Shown here: positions 25,081 through 35,495 of the stretch, piece after piece | Layout: every line of letters starts with the position of its first letter | Position numbering within the stretch: position 1 is the first letter of the stretch | Source: Candidatus Dormiibacterota bacterium | GTDB lineage: Bacteria > Chloroflexota > Dormibacteria > Aeolococcales > Aeolococcaceae | Direction: 5' to 3' | Length of the DNA: 64,000 bases | NCBI GenBank assembly: GCA_963754015.1 | Contig: CAVWEG010000008.1 | Coordinates: 90,473-154,472 of the forward strand | The notes under the pieces: model-generated | Told to the model about the DNA's origin: nothing | The model's input: only the letters and a program-made list of their open reading frames with translations | Databases searched by the model: none | Made by a program: the position numbers and the translations under genes

Positions 25081-25093
25081 TCTGCGGCACAGT

Positions 25094-26281
25094 TCATGCC
25101 GAACGATCCCGCGTGAGACGCACGATCGCCTCGGCCGCCTCAGGAGCACTCTTTCCGGGGACGATGCCGGCCTCCTGCAATAGCCGGCGGCCCTCTTCTT
25201 CCATGGTTCCGGTCATGCGCACGACCAACGGTTTGGTGATGTGCAGCTCATTGCGGGCGGTGATGATGCCGCGCGCGACCTCATCCCCGCGGGTGATGCC
25301 GCCGAACACATTGATGAAGACTCCGCGGACCTTCGGGTCGAGCAGCACCATGTCGAGTGCGTTGCGCACGCGCTCCGCGTTCGCTCCGCCGCCGATATCG
25401 AGGAAGCACGCGGGCTCACCACCGTGTTGCTTGACAAGGTCGAGGGTGTTCATCGTCAGTCCGGCACCGTTGCCGATGCAGCCGATGTCACCGTCGAGAT
25501 GCACGTAGGTGAGTCCGCGTCGCCGCGCCTCGACTTCGAATGGATCGTCCCCGGTCCGACCGTCATCGCCGGTCTCGTCCTTGGCGAGCTCCTCGGCGAT
25601 GTCGGTATGCCGGTAGTGCGCGTTCTCATCGATCTCGAGCTTGCCGTCGGCGGCGACGAGCGAACCCTGAGGCGTGAGCACCAATGGATTGATCTCGCAG
25701 GTGAGCGCATCGAGTGACGTCGCAACCTGGTACAGCCGCGTCGTCATGCTCACCAGCGCGCTGACGAGCTTTGCTGTCCGTTCCTGCAGTTGCGGCGCAT
25801 GCGCGAGCGCGGCAAACGCGAGTTGCCGGATCTCGTAGGGCTGCGGGCCGGCGAACGGATCGGGCCAGAGCTTGGCGATCCGTTCGGGCGCCTCGACAGC
25901 AACCTGCTCAATCTCCATGCCACCAGCGGCTGAAAAGATGATCACCAGTCGCCGCCGATCACGATCGAGCGTGATGCCGAGGTAGAGCTCGGCCTCGATA
26001 TCGAGCCCGGTCTCGCACCACACACTTCGGACGGGATATCCGCGGATGTCCATCGCGAGAATCCGAGCGGCTTCGCGACGCGCTTCCTCGGGCGTGTCGA
26101 CGACGGCGATACCACCCGCCTTGCCGCGACCCCCGATCGGCACCTGCGCCTTGACGGCGATCCGACCCAGCTCCTGAGCGGCGGCCGCAGCCTCGTCCGC
26201 AGTGCGGGCCAGACGTCCGGGCGGGACCGGAATTCCCGCAGCGGCGAATTGCTGTTTGGCCTGGTACTCGAGCAGCTTCAT
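25094..26281 (-). CDS. sucC: succinyl-CoA synthetase beta subunit
   Basis: MKLLEYQAKQQFAAAGIPVP ATP-grasp N-terminus. C-terminal GGIVNCA-type and GGxxRxD motifs (GNGAGLTMNTLD, NVFGGITRGDEVARGI). Confidence 0.95.
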   Translation of the reverse strand: MKLLEYQAKQQFAAAGIPVPPGRLARTADEAAAAAQELGRIAVKAQVPIGGRGKAGGIAVVDTPEEARREAARILAMDIRGYPVRSVWCETGLDIEAELYLGITLDRDRRRLVIIFSAAGGMEIEQVAVEAPERIAKLWPDPFAGPQPYEIRQLAFAALAHAPQLQERTAKLVSALVSMTTRLYQVATSLDALTCEINPLVLTPQGSLVAADGKLEIDENAHYRHTDIAEELAKDETGDDGRTGDDPFEVEARRRGLTYVHLDGDIGCIGNGAGLTMNTLDLVKQHGGEPACFLDIGGGANAERVRNALDMVLLDPKVRGVFINVFGGITRGDEVARGIITARNELHITKPLVVRMTGTMEEEGRRLLQEAGIVPGKSAPEAAEAIVRLTRDRSA

Positions 26282-26312
26282 CGGCGGCCAAGTCTAGGGA
26301 AAGGGTGCTTCG

Positions 26313-27257
26313 TCACCGACGAGGCGCGATCCGATCCAACTCCTCGAGATCGGCGGCCGTCGGCCGCCAGCGTCCGGCCCGCGCGTTCGCCTGCACCTGC
26401 TCGGGCGACATCGCTCCGGCGATGACCGAGGCGACCCGTGGCTGCGCCGCGAGACCGCCGATGGCGACATCGAGCAGGGTGACGTTGCGGTCCCCTGCAA
26501 ACCGCTCGAGTGCCTCCACGATGTCGAAGTTGTGGTCCGTCAGCCACCTGCTCGCGTTGGCGCCGGGCACGGACGCAAGGCGCGAGCCGGGCACCGGCGG
26601 TTGACCGCGTCGGTGCTTGCCGGTCAGCAGACCATTCGCGAGCGGGCTATACGGAATCATCGCGACGTCGAAACGCTCGCACGCGGGGATGACCTCGGTT
26701 TCGACCGAACGATCGAGCAGGCTGTACGCGTTCTGGACGCTGACGAATCTGGTCAGTCCGCGAGTCCGAGCCACCCAGTCCGCGTCGGCGATCTGCCATC
26801 CCGCGAAGTTGGACGATCCCGCGCACCGGATCTTCCCCTCGCTGACCAGTTCGGTGAGCGTCTCGAGCGTCTCCTCCACAGGAGTCTCCGGATCCGGCGT
26901 GTGCAGCTGATAGAGGTCGATCCAGTCAGTGTCAAGACGGCGCAGGCTGTCCTCGACCGCGATGCGGATCCAGCGACGCGACCCGCCGCGTTCGGAGCCA
27001 CCGGAGAAGTGCCCGAACTTCGTCGCGATGACCGCTTCTTCACGCCGACCCTTGAGCGCCGCACCGAGCATTTCCTCGCTCTTCCCTTCGCCGTAGATGT
27101 CGGCGGTGTCGAAGAATGTGATGCCCTCATCGAGCGCGGCGTGTACGACGGCCGCCGCGCCCGCGGCGTCGAGCCGCCGCCCGAAGTTGTTGCAGCCGAT
27201 GCCGACGACGGTGACCTGCAGCACGCCGCCGAGTGGACGTGTCTCCGCTTGACTCAT
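26313..27257 (-). CDS. aldo/keto reductase
   Basis: The ATG at 27257 gives MSQAETRPLGG...GIGCNNFG...FFDTADIYGEGKSEE...IDLYQLHTPD...VQNAYSLLDR...IPYSPLANGLLTGK. The upstream 174 codons of the ORF are compositionally aberrant. Confidence 0.9.
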   Translation of the reverse strand: MSQAETRPLGGVLQVTVVGIGCNNFGRRLDAAGAAAVVHAALDEGITFFDTADIYGEGKSEEMLGAALKGRREEAVIATKFGHFSGGSERGGSRRWIRIAVEDSLRRLDTDWIDLYQLHTPDPETPVEETLETLTELVSEGKIRCAGSSNFAGWQIADADWVARTRGLTRFVSVQNAYSLLDRSVETEVIPACERFDVAMIPYSPLANGLLTGKHRRGQPPVPGSRLASVPGANASRWLTDHNFDIVEALERFAGDRNVTLLDVAIGGLAAQPRVASVIAGAMSPEQVQANARAGRWRPTAADLEELDRIAPRR

Positions 27258-27426
27258 GCCGGACAGAGTACGCAAAGGGCTCCTCTGCACACCTCTGAAG
27301 GCTGCTAGGCTGCCAGAGGTGGCAAGACGCGGCACCCCGGCGCGCCCAGCGGACGAAGGTTCTGCTCCCGATCCGGTCAAGCCTGAGGTGAAGGACGAAG
27401 CCGACCGCCTCGGCGCGGAGCGGCGG

Positions 27427-28560
27427 ATGGCGGCCCGTCGCGATGCCAATTCGGCCATCTCGGTTCGAACGCTCGTCACTGCGGCGCTGATCGTGCTGGC
27501 GATCGTCGCCATCGTCGCGTTTCTCGCCAGCATCGTCAGCATCGTGCTGGTCGTCCTGGTTGCGATCGTGTTCGCAGAGGGCATCCGGCCGCTCGTCGCC
27601 GACCTACGCCGGCGGAGGGTTCCAACCCCCGTGGGGATCCTCATCGTGTACATCGGGCTACTGGCACTGCTGGCGCTCATGGTGCTGCTCCTGGTGCAGC
27701 CGATCGTCAGCGAGGCGCAGTCACTCGCCGCCAATTTCCCCACGTACCAGAAGGACTTTCTCAACTGGTTCGCCGGCATCGAGAGGCAGTTTCACTTCAA
27801 TGTCGACATCGGCAAACAACTGGGCTCTGTCGTCGACGCGACGCAGAAGGTCCTCATCGCCATCGGGGGCACGTTGTTCAGTCTCGTCGTCAACTTCGTG
27901 CTGGTTCTCGTCGTGGGATTTCTCTGGCTGGTGAGCAGCGACCGCCTCAAGGCGTTCACCGTCGACCTGTTCCCCGAGGCGCACCACGAGCTGGTCGTCG
28001 ACATCTTTCGCGAGATGGGTTTCCGCATGGGCGGCTTCCTGCGGGCGAGCGCACTCAACAGCGTCGCCGTGGGACTCGTCGTCGGCGTCGCATGCGCGCT
28101 GCTCGGCCTTCCCGACTCGGTGATCCTCGGGATCTTCGCCGGACTTTGCGCGGCGATTCCGATGGTGGGTGGGATCGTCGGTGTCATTCCGGCTGTGCTG
28201 CTCGGTTTCACCGTCAGTCCCGAGTATCCGATTCTCGTGCTTGCGGTCTTGCTCGTCATCCAGCTCGTCGACGCCAACACCGTCGTGCCGATCGTCATGA
28301 ACCGCGTGGTGTCCTTGCCCGCGCTCGGTGTCGTCCTTGCGCTCCTCGTCGGTGGCGCACTGCAGGGACTCATCGGGGCGCTGCTTGCCGTCCCTGTCGC
28401 GGCTGCGCTGCAGGTCCTCTTGGTGCGTGCGATGGTGCCCGCAATCCATCACGCCCAGGGCCGCACCGACCGTGCATACGCCAAGGCGTACGTGCCGCTG
28501 TCACCGAGCCTCAAGGATTCAGCGCCCCGAATGGGTGGCCGGCGCGTCAACCCGCGCTAG
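27427..28560 (+). CDS. AI-2E family transporter (PerM/UPF0118)
   Basis: Multi-TM protein with the AI-2E pattern (ALNSVAVGLVVGV..LGLPDSVILGIFAGLCAAIPMVGGIVGVIP). The ATG at 27427 is preceded by GGAG. The earlier start at 27256 would abut the divergent AKR start. Confidence 0.8.
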   Translation: MAARRDANSAISVRTLVTAALIVLAIVAIVAFLASIVSIVLVVLVAIVFAEGIRPLVADLRRRRVPTPVGILIVYIGLLALLALMVLLLVQPIVSEAQSLAANFPTYQKDFLNWFAGIERQFHFNVDIGKQLGSVVDATQKVLIAIGGTLFSLVVNFVLVLVVGFLWLVSSDRLKAFTVDLFPEAHHELVVDIFREMGFRMGGFLRASALNSVAVGLVVGVACALLGLPDSVILGIFAGLCAAIPMVGGIVGVIPAVLLGFTVSPEYPILVLAVLLVIQLVDANTVVPIVMNRVVSLPALGVVLALLVGGALQGLIGALLAVPVAAALQVLLVRAMVPAIHHAQGRTDRAYAKAYVPLSPSLKDSAPRMGGRRVNPR

Positions 28561-29172
28561 ATGGACGTGACCCCGAGACCTCGGTTACGTGCGTTCCCGT
28601 GTGCGCCGATCTGCGTGATGACGTTACTTATTGGTGCAGTGGCCGGCTGCAGCTCGCCGTCGCCACTGGCAATCAACGCAAGCGGCACGTGGACCAGCCG
28701 AACACTCGACCACAAGTACGTGACCGTCTCCGTGCCATCCAACTGGAACGTCGGCGAGCCATGGACACAGCCAAGCTCCTTTACTGATCTGGTCGGTAGC
28801 TTTAGCAATCAGTCGCTGTCGCCACCATGCACGACGGGGGCAAATACGATTGCGTGTGGTCCCCCGCTGCAGTCGCTACAGCCCGGCACGGTGCTTGTCG
28901 AGGTCTGGCAGAACGGGAGTCCGACCTGGAACGTCGACAGCGCGCCCGGGACACCGACAACCGTGTCCGGGCAACCGGCACGCGTGGTCGATCTGGCCGG
29001 AGGGCAGGGGTACTGCAGCGGGCTCGGTGCTGATCGGAGCCGCAGCGAGTTCATCCCGTTTCCCACGACGCCGGACAACTGGATCGAGATTGACATCTGC
29101 TCACGTGGCGTGGCTGAAGACGTGGGGGCCAGGATCATGACGTCGGTTGCAGTCGCACTCCCGACCACCTGA
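28561..29172 (+). CDS. putative lipoprotein, unknown function
   Basis: N-terminus ...VMTLLIGAVAGCSS (lipobox VAGC), and four further Cys residues. No family recognised. The ATG immediately follows the transporter stop; ATG 28618 is an alternative. Confidence 0.5.
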   Translation: MDVTPRPRLRAFPCAPICVMTLLIGAVAGCSSPSPLAINASGTWTSRTLDHKYVTVSVPSNWNVGEPWTQPSSFTDLVGSFSNQSLSPPCTTGANTIACGPPLQSLQPGTVLVEVWQNGSPTWNVDSAPGTPTTVSGQPARVVDLAGGQGYCSGLGADRSRSEFIPFPTTPDNWIEIDICSRGVAEDVGARIMTSVAVALPTT

Positions 29173-29184
29173 CAACGGCGCGGC

Positions 29185-30792
29185 CTAGAGCGGGATGTTG
29201 CCGTGCTTGCGGCGCGGTGTCTCCACGTGCTTGTTCCGAGCCATGCGCAGCGCACTGATCAATGACGCGCGCGTCTGGCGGGGTTCAATCACGTCGTCGA
29301 CGTACCCGCGTTCGGCGGCGTAGTACGGGTTCGCGAACTGCTCCCGGTAATCGTCGATGAGCTGCTGCGTCCGCTGAACCGGATCGTCGGCCTGCGCGAT
29401 CTCCCTCCTGAAGATGACGCTGACGGCGCCCTGCGGTCCCATGACCGCGATCTCGGCAGTCGGCCATGCGACGTTGTAGTCGGCGCGAATGTGCTTCGAG
29501 CACATCACGTCATAGGCGCCGCCATACGCCTTGCGCGTGATGACCGTGAGCTTCGGCACGGTGGCTTCGCAGTACGCGTACAAGAGCTTCGCGCCGTGCC
29601 GGATGATGCCGCCGTACTCCTGGTCGGTGCCGGGCAGGAAACCCGGCACATCGACGAACGTGACGAGCGGCACGTTGAACGCGTCGCAGAAGCGCACGAA
29701 ACGCGCCGCCTTGATCGAAGCGGAGATGTCGAGCGCACCGGCGAGCACTCGCGGCTGGTTGCCGACGACGCCGACGGGATGTCCATCGAGCCGCGCGAAG
29801 CCGCAGATGATGTTCTCCGCGTGGTACTGCATCACCTCGACGAATTTGCCGTCGTCGACGATGCGTGTCACGACGCCGCGCATGTCGTACGGCTGGTTCG
29901 GATTGTTGGGGATGATCGTCTGGAGCTCGGGATCCTCGCGCAGCGGGTCATCAAGCGTCGGCCGGTACGGCGGCTGCTCGCGATTGTTCGCCGGCAGGTA
30001 GGAGAGCAGCTCGCGGATCTGGGCGAACGCTTCGTCCTCCGTGTCGCCGATGAAATGCGCGACGCCACTGCGCTGGTTGTGCACGTCGGAGCCGCCGAGC
30101 TCCTCGAACGTCACCTGCTCGCCGGTCGTCACCTTGATGACGTCGGGGCCGGTGATGAACATGTAGCCGACCTTGCGGACCATGAAGATGAAATCGGTCA
30201 TCGCCGGTGAATACACGGCGCCGCCGGTGCACGGCCCGACGATGAGCGAGAGCTGCGGGATCACCCCGCTCGATTCGACGTTGCGATAGAAGATCTCTGC
30301 ATAGCCGGCAAGCGAGACGACGCCTTCCTGGATGCGCGCGCCGCCCGAGTCGTTGATGCCGATGCAGGGACATCCGGTTCGCATGGCGAGGTCCATGATC
30401 TTCGTGACCTTCTCTGCAAACACCTCGCCGAGCGAACCACCGAAGACCGATGCATCGTGGCTGAAGATGAACACCTGCCTGCCTTCGATGGTGCCCCAGC
30501 CTGTGACGACCCCATCGCCCGGGATCCGGCGCTCCTCCATCCCGAAGCTCGTCGTGCGATGGACCGCGAACATGTCCACCTCGGTGAACGTTCCGGGATC
30601 GAGCAGCTTGTCGATACGCTCGCGAGCGGTGAGCTTGCCTTTCGCGTGCTGAGATTGCTCGGCCGCACCTGCGCGATGCACCGCGTCGTAGCGCCGCTTG
30701 CGCAGCACGTTGATCTTTCGCCCCGTCCCACCCCGCGAGCCGCTCGACGCATCGCCGTCGGAGGGCACGGTGCCGCGTGTCTGCCTGGTCAC
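29185..30792 (-). CDS. pccB: acyl-CoA carboxylase carboxyltransferase (propionyl-CoA carboxylase beta / methylmalonyl-CoA carboxyltransferase 12S type)
   Basis: [68 protein letters not shown]. Last gene of the epimerase-mutase operon. Confidence 0.9.
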   Translation of the reverse strand: MTRQTRGTVPSDGDASSGSRGGTGRKINVLRKRRYDAVHRAGAAEQSQHAKGKLTARERIDKLLDPGTFTEVDMFAVHRTTSFGMEERRIPGDGVVTGWGTIEGRQVFIFSHDASVFGGSLGEVFAEKVTKIMDLAMRTGCPCIGINDSGGARIQEGVVSLAGYAEIFYRNVESSGVIPQLSLIVGPCTGGAVYSPAMTDFIFMVRKVGYMFITGPDVIKVTTGEQVTFEELGGSDVHNQRSGVAHFIGDTEDEAFAQIRELLSYLPANNREQPPYRPTLDDPLREDPELQTIIPNNPNQPYDMRGVVTRIVDDGKFVEVMQYHAENIICGFARLDGHPVGVVGNQPRVLAGALDISASIKAARFVRFCDAFNVPLVTFVDVPGFLPGTDQEYGGIIRHGAKLLYAYCEATVPKLTVITRKAYGGAYDVMCSKHIRADYNVAWPTAEIAVMGPQGAVSVIFRREIAQADDPVQRTQQLIDDYREQFANPYYAAERGYVDDVIEPRQTRASLISALRMARNKHVETPRRKHGNIPL

Positions 30793-30832
30793 CGCGTCAG
30801 GCTACCAGGGCGGATCGCGAACGCATGACGGC

Positions 30833-32404
30833 TCACACCGAGACCTGCGGGTGATAGACCCCGAAGATCTCGCGCAGCGCGCCACATACCTCACCGACGG
30901 TCGCCTGGACGTCGAGCGCGGCGCGCATCAGCGGCAGGAGATTGTCGGTGCCCTCGGCGCCGCGCCGCACTGCGTCGAGCGCGCGACCGACCGATTGTGC
31001 CGACCTTCGGGCGCGCACCTTGGCGAGGCGATCGATCTGCGCCGCTTCGAGCTCGGCGCCGACGCGCAGGATCTCGACCTCGCGCTGCGACGTCTCGACG
31101 AACTTGTTGACGCCGACAATGACACGCTCGCCCGATTCGACGAGACGCTGGTGCCGGTAGGCGGACTCCTGGATCTGCTGCTGGTAGAAGCCGGCTTCGA
31201 TGGCCGCGGCCGCACCGCCGAGATCGTCGACACGCGTCATGAGCGCACGTGACTCGTCCATGAGCGCATGGGTCAGCGACTCGATGAGGTGGGAGCCGCC
31301 GAGCGGATCGGTGACGTTGGCCGCGCCCGACTCGAATCCCAGCACCTGCTGCGTGCGCAACGCAATCTCGGCCGCCTGTTCGGAGGGCAGGGCCAGCGCT
31401 TCGTCGTAGCTGTTGGTGTGCAGCGACTGCGTGCCGCCGCAGATGGCGGCGAGCGCCTGGATTGCGACGCGCACCACGTTGTTGAGCGGCTGCTGCGCGG
31501 CGAGCGTCGCACCGCTCGTCTGCGCATGAAAGCGCAGATGCAGGCTGCGCTCCTGCCGGGCGCCGAAACGCTCGCGCATCACCTCGGCCCAGAGCGCGCG
31601 TGCGGCGCGGAACTTCGCGACCTCCTCGAAGAAGTCGTTGCTCACGTTGAAGAAAAAGCTCAGCCGCGGCGCGAAATCGTCGACCTGCAACCCCGCGTCG
31701 ATTGCGGCCTGCACGTAGGCGATCCCGTTGCAGAGCGTAAACGCGATCTCCTGCGGCGCCGTCGAGCCGGCCTCGCGGATGTGGTAACCGCTGATGCTGA
31801 TCGTGTTCCAGCGCGGAAGCCGCTGTGCGCAATACGCAAAGGTGTCGGTGACGAGCCGCATTGACGGTCGCGGCGGGAAGATGTACGTGCCGCGCGCCGC
31901 GTACTCCTTGAGGATGTCGTTCTGGATCGTCCCGCCGAGCGTCTCGGCGGCGATGCCCTTGCGCTCCGCCGCCAGCTCATACAGCAGCAGGAGCACCGAC
32001 GCGGGAGCGTTGATTGTCATCGAGGTCGTCACCTCGTCCTGCGGGATGCCGCGCATGAGCAGTTCCATGTCATCGAGGGAGTCGATGGCGACGCCGACCT
32101 TGCCCACCTCCCCGTGTGCGAGCGGGTCGTCACTGTCGTAGCCCATCTGCGTCGGCAGGTCGAAGGCGACGGAGAGGCCGCTCTGGCCGGCGCGGAGCAG
32201 ATAGTGGAACCGCTCGTTGGTCTGTTCAGCGCTCCCGAAGCCCGCGTACTGGCGCATGGTCCAGAGCCGCGATCGATACCCCTCCGGGCGAATCCCGCGC
32301 GTGAACGGGAACTCACCCGGATCGGGCCAGCCGTTGTGCTCGTCCACGTAAAAGGGCTCGAGCGGCAGCCCGGACTCCGTCTGCGCCCCGGGTTCCTCGC
32401 TCAC
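30833..32404 (-). CDS. methylmalonyl-CoA mutase large (catalytic) subunit; no B12-binding domain
   Basis: The GTG at 32404 (VSEEPGAQ...) overlaps the epimerase stop (GTGA). It reads [10 protein letters not shown] and [16 protein letters not shown], so Tyr and Arg are present at the carboxylate-binding positions. The ORF's upstream 154 codons overlap the epimerase and are Arg/Gly/Pro-rich shadow sequence. Confidence 0.9.
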   Translation of the reverse strand: MSEEPGAQTESGLPLEPFYVDEHNGWPDPGEFPFTRGIRPEGYRSRLWTMRQYAGFGSAEQTNERFHYLLRAGQSGLSVAFDLPTQMGYDSDDPLAHGEVGKVGVAIDSLDDMELLMRGIPQDEVTTSMTINAPASVLLLLYELAAERKGIAAETLGGTIQNDILKEYAARGTYIFPPRPSMRLVTDTFAYCAQRLPRWNTISISGYHIREAGSTAPQEIAFTLCNGIAYVQAAIDAGLQVDDFAPRLSFFFNVSNDFFEEVAKFRAARALWAEVMRERFGARQERSLHLRFHAQTSGATLAAQQPLNNVVRVAIQALAAICGGTQSLHTNSYDEALALPSEQAAEIALRTQQVLGFESGAANVTDPLGGSHLIESLTHALMDESRALMTRVDDLGGAAAAIEAGFYQQQIQESAYRHQRLVESGERVIVGVNKFVETSQREVEILRVGAELEAAQIDRLAKVRARRSAQSVGRALDAVRRGAEGTDNLLPLMRAALDVQATVGEVCGALREIFGVYHPQVSV

Positions 32405-32835
32405 CGGTTCGACCCGACGTGCTCCTCGTCGGTCTGGCACAGCTCCGTGAGCACACCGCCCGCCGCCGACGGGTGCAGGAATGCCACGAGCCGCCCCGCA
32501 GCCCCCTGTCGCGGGCAGGTGTCGAGCAGCTGCAGGCCCAGCTCCGCAAAGTGATCGAGGCTCGCCTGGACGTCGTCGACGCCGTACGCCACGTGGTGCA
32601 GCCCACCCCCACGACGGGCCAGAAAGCCGGCGATCTTCGAATCGGGGCCGGTGCTGCCGAGGAGCTCGATGCGCGACTCGCCCACCTCGAACATCACCGC
32701 CTCGATGCCGTCGGACGTGACCGACTGGCGATGCGCGGGCGCTGAGCCCGTCAAACGCTCGTACGCGGCGACCGCGACATCGAGATCCGCGACCGCAATG
32801 CCAACGTGATCGATCCGGGTGAATGCGCTCGGCAT
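32401..32835 (-). CDS. methylmalonyl-CoA epimerase (VOC/glyoxalase fold)
   Basis: The ATG at 32835 gives [19 protein letters not shown]...IELLGS...[13 protein letters not shown]...VAFLHP...GVLTELCQ, the typical epimerase pattern. Confidence 0.85.
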   Translation of the reverse strand: MPSAFTRIDHVGIAVADLDVAVAAYERLTGSAPAHRQSVTSDGIEAVMFEVGESRIELLGSTGPDSKIAGFLARRGGGLHHVAYGVDDVQASLDHFAELGLQLLDTCPRQGAAGRLVAFLHPSAAGGVLTELCQTDEEHVGSNR

Positions 32836-32911
32836 CGTCGGCCGAGTATAGGAAGCAATACGGCAACGCCGCGTTCGCATCGGCGGAACGGCTGCTAGCG
32901 TCGCAGTCGCC

Positions 32912-34183
32912 GTGAGAACCCGACGAGCGGTCGCGATTGCGACCGGGATCGCCGCAGTCCTCCTCGCGTATTACGCGATCAGCTGGGCGCAGGTGACCCC
33001 AAGCCGCGAGCGCGGCACCGACTTTTCAGCGTCGTACGTCGCGGCCCTGCTGCTGCGCAGCGGCGACGGGAGTCAGCTGTACGACCAGCAGGTCGAGCAC
33101 GCTCGGCATGTCGAACTGCTCCCGGCGGGGACCGTCATCAACCTGCCGTTCATCACCCCGCCGACGACGGCGCTGCTTGCGCTGCCGTTCACGGCCCTGG
33201 ATCCCGGCACCGCGTTTCGCGTTTGGTCGGTCCTCGGGTTGCTCCTGCTTGTCCTCGCGGTCTGGATCGCCATCAGAGCGGGACCGCACCCGGCGCTCAG
33301 CGCCCGGGGAAGCCGCCTTGCCATCTTGCTCATGGCGCTTGCCGGTGGTGGAACCTTTGCCTTTCTCCTGCTCGGTCAGATCGACGGCCTCGCCGCGCTC
33401 GGCCTCGCTGCCGCATACGCCTCGTGGCGTCGCGAGCGAAGCGCACTCGCCGGCTTCTGGCTCGGACTGGCATTCGCGGCGACGAAGCCGCACCTCGCCA
33501 TCGGGCTCGCGATCTGGCTCATCGCCCGCCGTGACTGGCGCGCGCTCGCCGGTGCGGCCGCGGGCTGTGCGCTGGTCGCGGCTGTCTCACTCGCGCTGGT
33601 CGGGCCAGCCGGCATCGGCGAATTCGTCTCGGCGCTCGGCTTCGCATACGGCAACACCCCCGCGTCGAGCACGGTTGGTGTCCCGGGACTGATCGCTTCG
33701 TGGTTCGGCACCGGAACGGCGCCGGCGGCCATCGGAGTCATCGGGGCATTGCTCGCCCTGGCCGGCTGTGCGGTCCTCGGGGCTCGCTCCCGAGGCGCAT
33801 CGGTCACTCTCGAGGTCTCACTCGCCGGCGCCGCGGCCCTATCGCTCGTCGCCTCGCCTCATCTGCTCGCGCACGACCTCGTGATCCTCGCGCCGGTGTT
33901 CGCCTGGTGTGCGGTTCGCGCTGCAGCGGCCGACTCGACCCCGTGGCCCGGCAGGGCTTCGCTCCGGGTGATCGGTGCCTGGGCGATCCTCGGGCTCGCC
34001 GCCTTTCTCGACACCGGGAATGCCGCCCCCGCGCCACCCGGACGGCTCGTCCCGCTTGCTCTCCTGGCGATCGGGGCCGCGGCGCTCGTGATCACCGGCT
34101 CGCGGTCACCGGCCGGCGGGCCGGCCCGGGTCGCCCTGGTTCAGTCGGGCAGCGGCAGAGGCGCCGGCGGGTCAACGGCGTAG
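32912..34183 (+). CDS. polytopic membrane protein, DUF2029/GT87-like glycosyltransferase
   Basis: 423 aa with about 10 TM helices. The early periplasmic-loop motif [12 protein letters not shown]...LYD is reminiscent of GT-C/GT87 mannosyltransferases. The GTG start has TAGCGT 10 nt upstream. The 3' tail overlaps the convergent dehydrogenase gene by 43 nt. Confidence 0.55.
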   Translation: MRTRRAVAIATGIAAVLLAYYAISWAQVTPSRERGTDFSASYVAALLLRSGDGSQLYDQQVEHARHVELLPAGTVINLPFITPPTTALLALPFTALDPGTAFRVWSVLGLLLLVLAVWIAIRAGPHPALSARGSRLAILLMALAGGGTFAFLLLGQIDGLAALGLAAAYASWRRERSALAGFWLGLAFAATKPHLAIGLAIWLIARRDWRALAGAAAGCALVAAVSLALVGPAGIGEFVSALGFAYGNTPASSTVGVPGLIASWFGTGTAPAAIGVIGALLALAGCAVLGARSRGASVTLEVSLAGAAALSLVASPHLLAHDLVILAPVFAWCAVRAAAADSTPWPGRASLRVIGAWAILGLAAFLDTGNAAPAPPGRLVPLALLAIGAAALVITGSRSPAGGPARVALVQSGSGRGAGGSTA

Positions 34184-35058
34184 TCGTAGAAGCCGCGGCC
34201 GCTCTTGCGGCCGAGGCGACCGGCGGCGACCATTCGCTCGAGGATCGCGACTGTCGCGACGTCGCCCGGTGCGTGATCGCGCTCCATGCGGTCGCGGCGG
34301 ATCGTCAGCACCGTGTCGAGGCCCGAGAAGTCGGAGAGCTGGAACGGCCCCATCGGCCAGTTCAGCCCCTTGCGCACCGCGATATCGATGTCCTCGGCAG
34401 ACGCGACACCACCCTGCAACAGCGAGAACGCCTCGCGTGACGCGGAGCCGAGGATGCGGTTGACGATGAACCCATCGATCTCCTTCTCGACGACGATCGG
34501 TGTCCTTCCCATGCGTCGTGCCCATGCGACGGCGCGCGCCGTGGTTTCGTCGGACGTCTGCGGGCCGCGCACGACCTCGCAGAGGTCCATGACCAACACC
34601 GGGTGAAAGAAGTGCATGTTGCAGCAGAGCTCTGGACGTGCCGTCGCATCGGCGAGGCGCGACACGACGATGTTGCTCGAGTTGGTCGCGATGCCCGACG
34701 TCGCCGGAAGGTGCGCGTCGAGTGCCGCGAAGATCTCGCGCTTCACCGCCGGAATCTCGACGACCGCCTCGATTGCCCACGCCGCATCCGCGGCCGCTGT
34801 TGCGAGGTCGCTCATCGCAGTGACTCTCGCTGCGGCGGCGTCCGCGGCTTCGCGTTCGAGCCTGCCCTTCTCCACTTGGCGGTCCAGCCATTTTCGGTTG
34901 GACGCCGTCGCCCGTTGCAGCACTTCGGCGCTGACGTCGACGAGCGAGACGTCGATGCCGTTGAGCGCGGCCTGCTGGGCGATCTGCGCTCCCATGGTGC
35001 CGGCGCCGACGACGAGCAGACGGCCTTCGGCACCGTCGTTGGCTGGCATCGGCGTCAC
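34141..35058 (-). CDS. hbd: 3-hydroxyacyl-CoA (3-hydroxybutyryl-CoA) dehydrogenase
   Basis: Rossmann motif VVGAGTMGAQIAQ. HFFHPV, VNRIL, and the C-terminal dimerisation domain PMGPFQLSDFSGLD and [14 protein letters not shown]. The GTG overlaps the SCP2 gene stop (GTGA). Confidence 0.9.
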   Translation of the reverse strand: MTPMPANDGAEGRLLVVGAGTMGAQIAQQAALNGIDVSLVDVSAEVLQRATASNRKWLDRQVEKGRLEREAADAAAARVTAMSDLATAAADAAWAIEAVVEIPAVKREIFAALDAHLPATSGIATNSSNIVVSRLADATARPELCCNMHFFHPVLVMDLCEVVRGPQTSDETTARAVAWARRMGRTPIVVEKEIDGFIVNRILGSASREAFSLLQGGVASAEDIDIAVRKGLNWPMGPFQLSDFSGLDTVLTIRRDRMERDHAPGDVATVAILERMVAAGRLGRKSGRGFYDYAVDPPAPLPLPD

Positions 35059-35495
35059 CCCTCGTCAGGCCAGCGAACGGGCACGCGCGTCGTGCACTCG
35101 GTCAGCTCCTGCGACGCTTTGGTGTAGCGGACGATCGTCGGGAAGTCGCCTTTCAACTTGAGCCTGCCGAGCATGATCCCCTTGGTAGCGTCGAGCTCTC
35201 TCTGGGCAACCTGCTTCCACCGCGAGTACGCGCCGGTGATAACGAATTTCGCCTGCTGCGCGTCCTCGCGCGTGCCAACTCGCACGTCACGGGCCTCGCC
35301 GTGCCAGAGGTCGAGGAACACGCCCTTGTCCTCCGGGAAATTCTTGTCCGGTTCAGCGAGGACGACCAGGCCGACCGTTCCCTCCCAGCCCGCAGCCGCC
35401 TGCCGGTACTTGGAGGAATTGTTGATCTCCGCCTTGAAGGCGTCTGCCCATTCCGGGCTGTACGCGTCGACGACGGAAGGGTCGGTCTCGCTCAT
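35055..35495 (-). CDS. SCP2 (sterol carrier protein 2) domain protein
   Basis: 146 aa, ending ...ELDATKGIMLGRLKLKGDFPTIVRY, which is the SCP2 C-terminal signature. The ATG overlaps the upstream gene's stop (ATGA). Confidence 0.75.
   Translation of the reverse strand: MSETDPSVVDAYSPEWADAFKAEINNSSKYRQAAAGWEGTVGLVVLAEPDKNFPEDKGVFLDLWHGEARDVRVGTREDAQQAKFVITGAYSRWKQVAQRELDATKGIMLGRLKLKGDFPTIVRYTKASQELTECTTRVPVRWPDEG

Noticed and set aside
24940-25149. 69-aa minus-strand ORF inside the sucC-sucD spacer
   Set aside because: The translation is Arg-rich with no periodic G/C bias. The ORF is explained by the palindromic element occupying the spacer.
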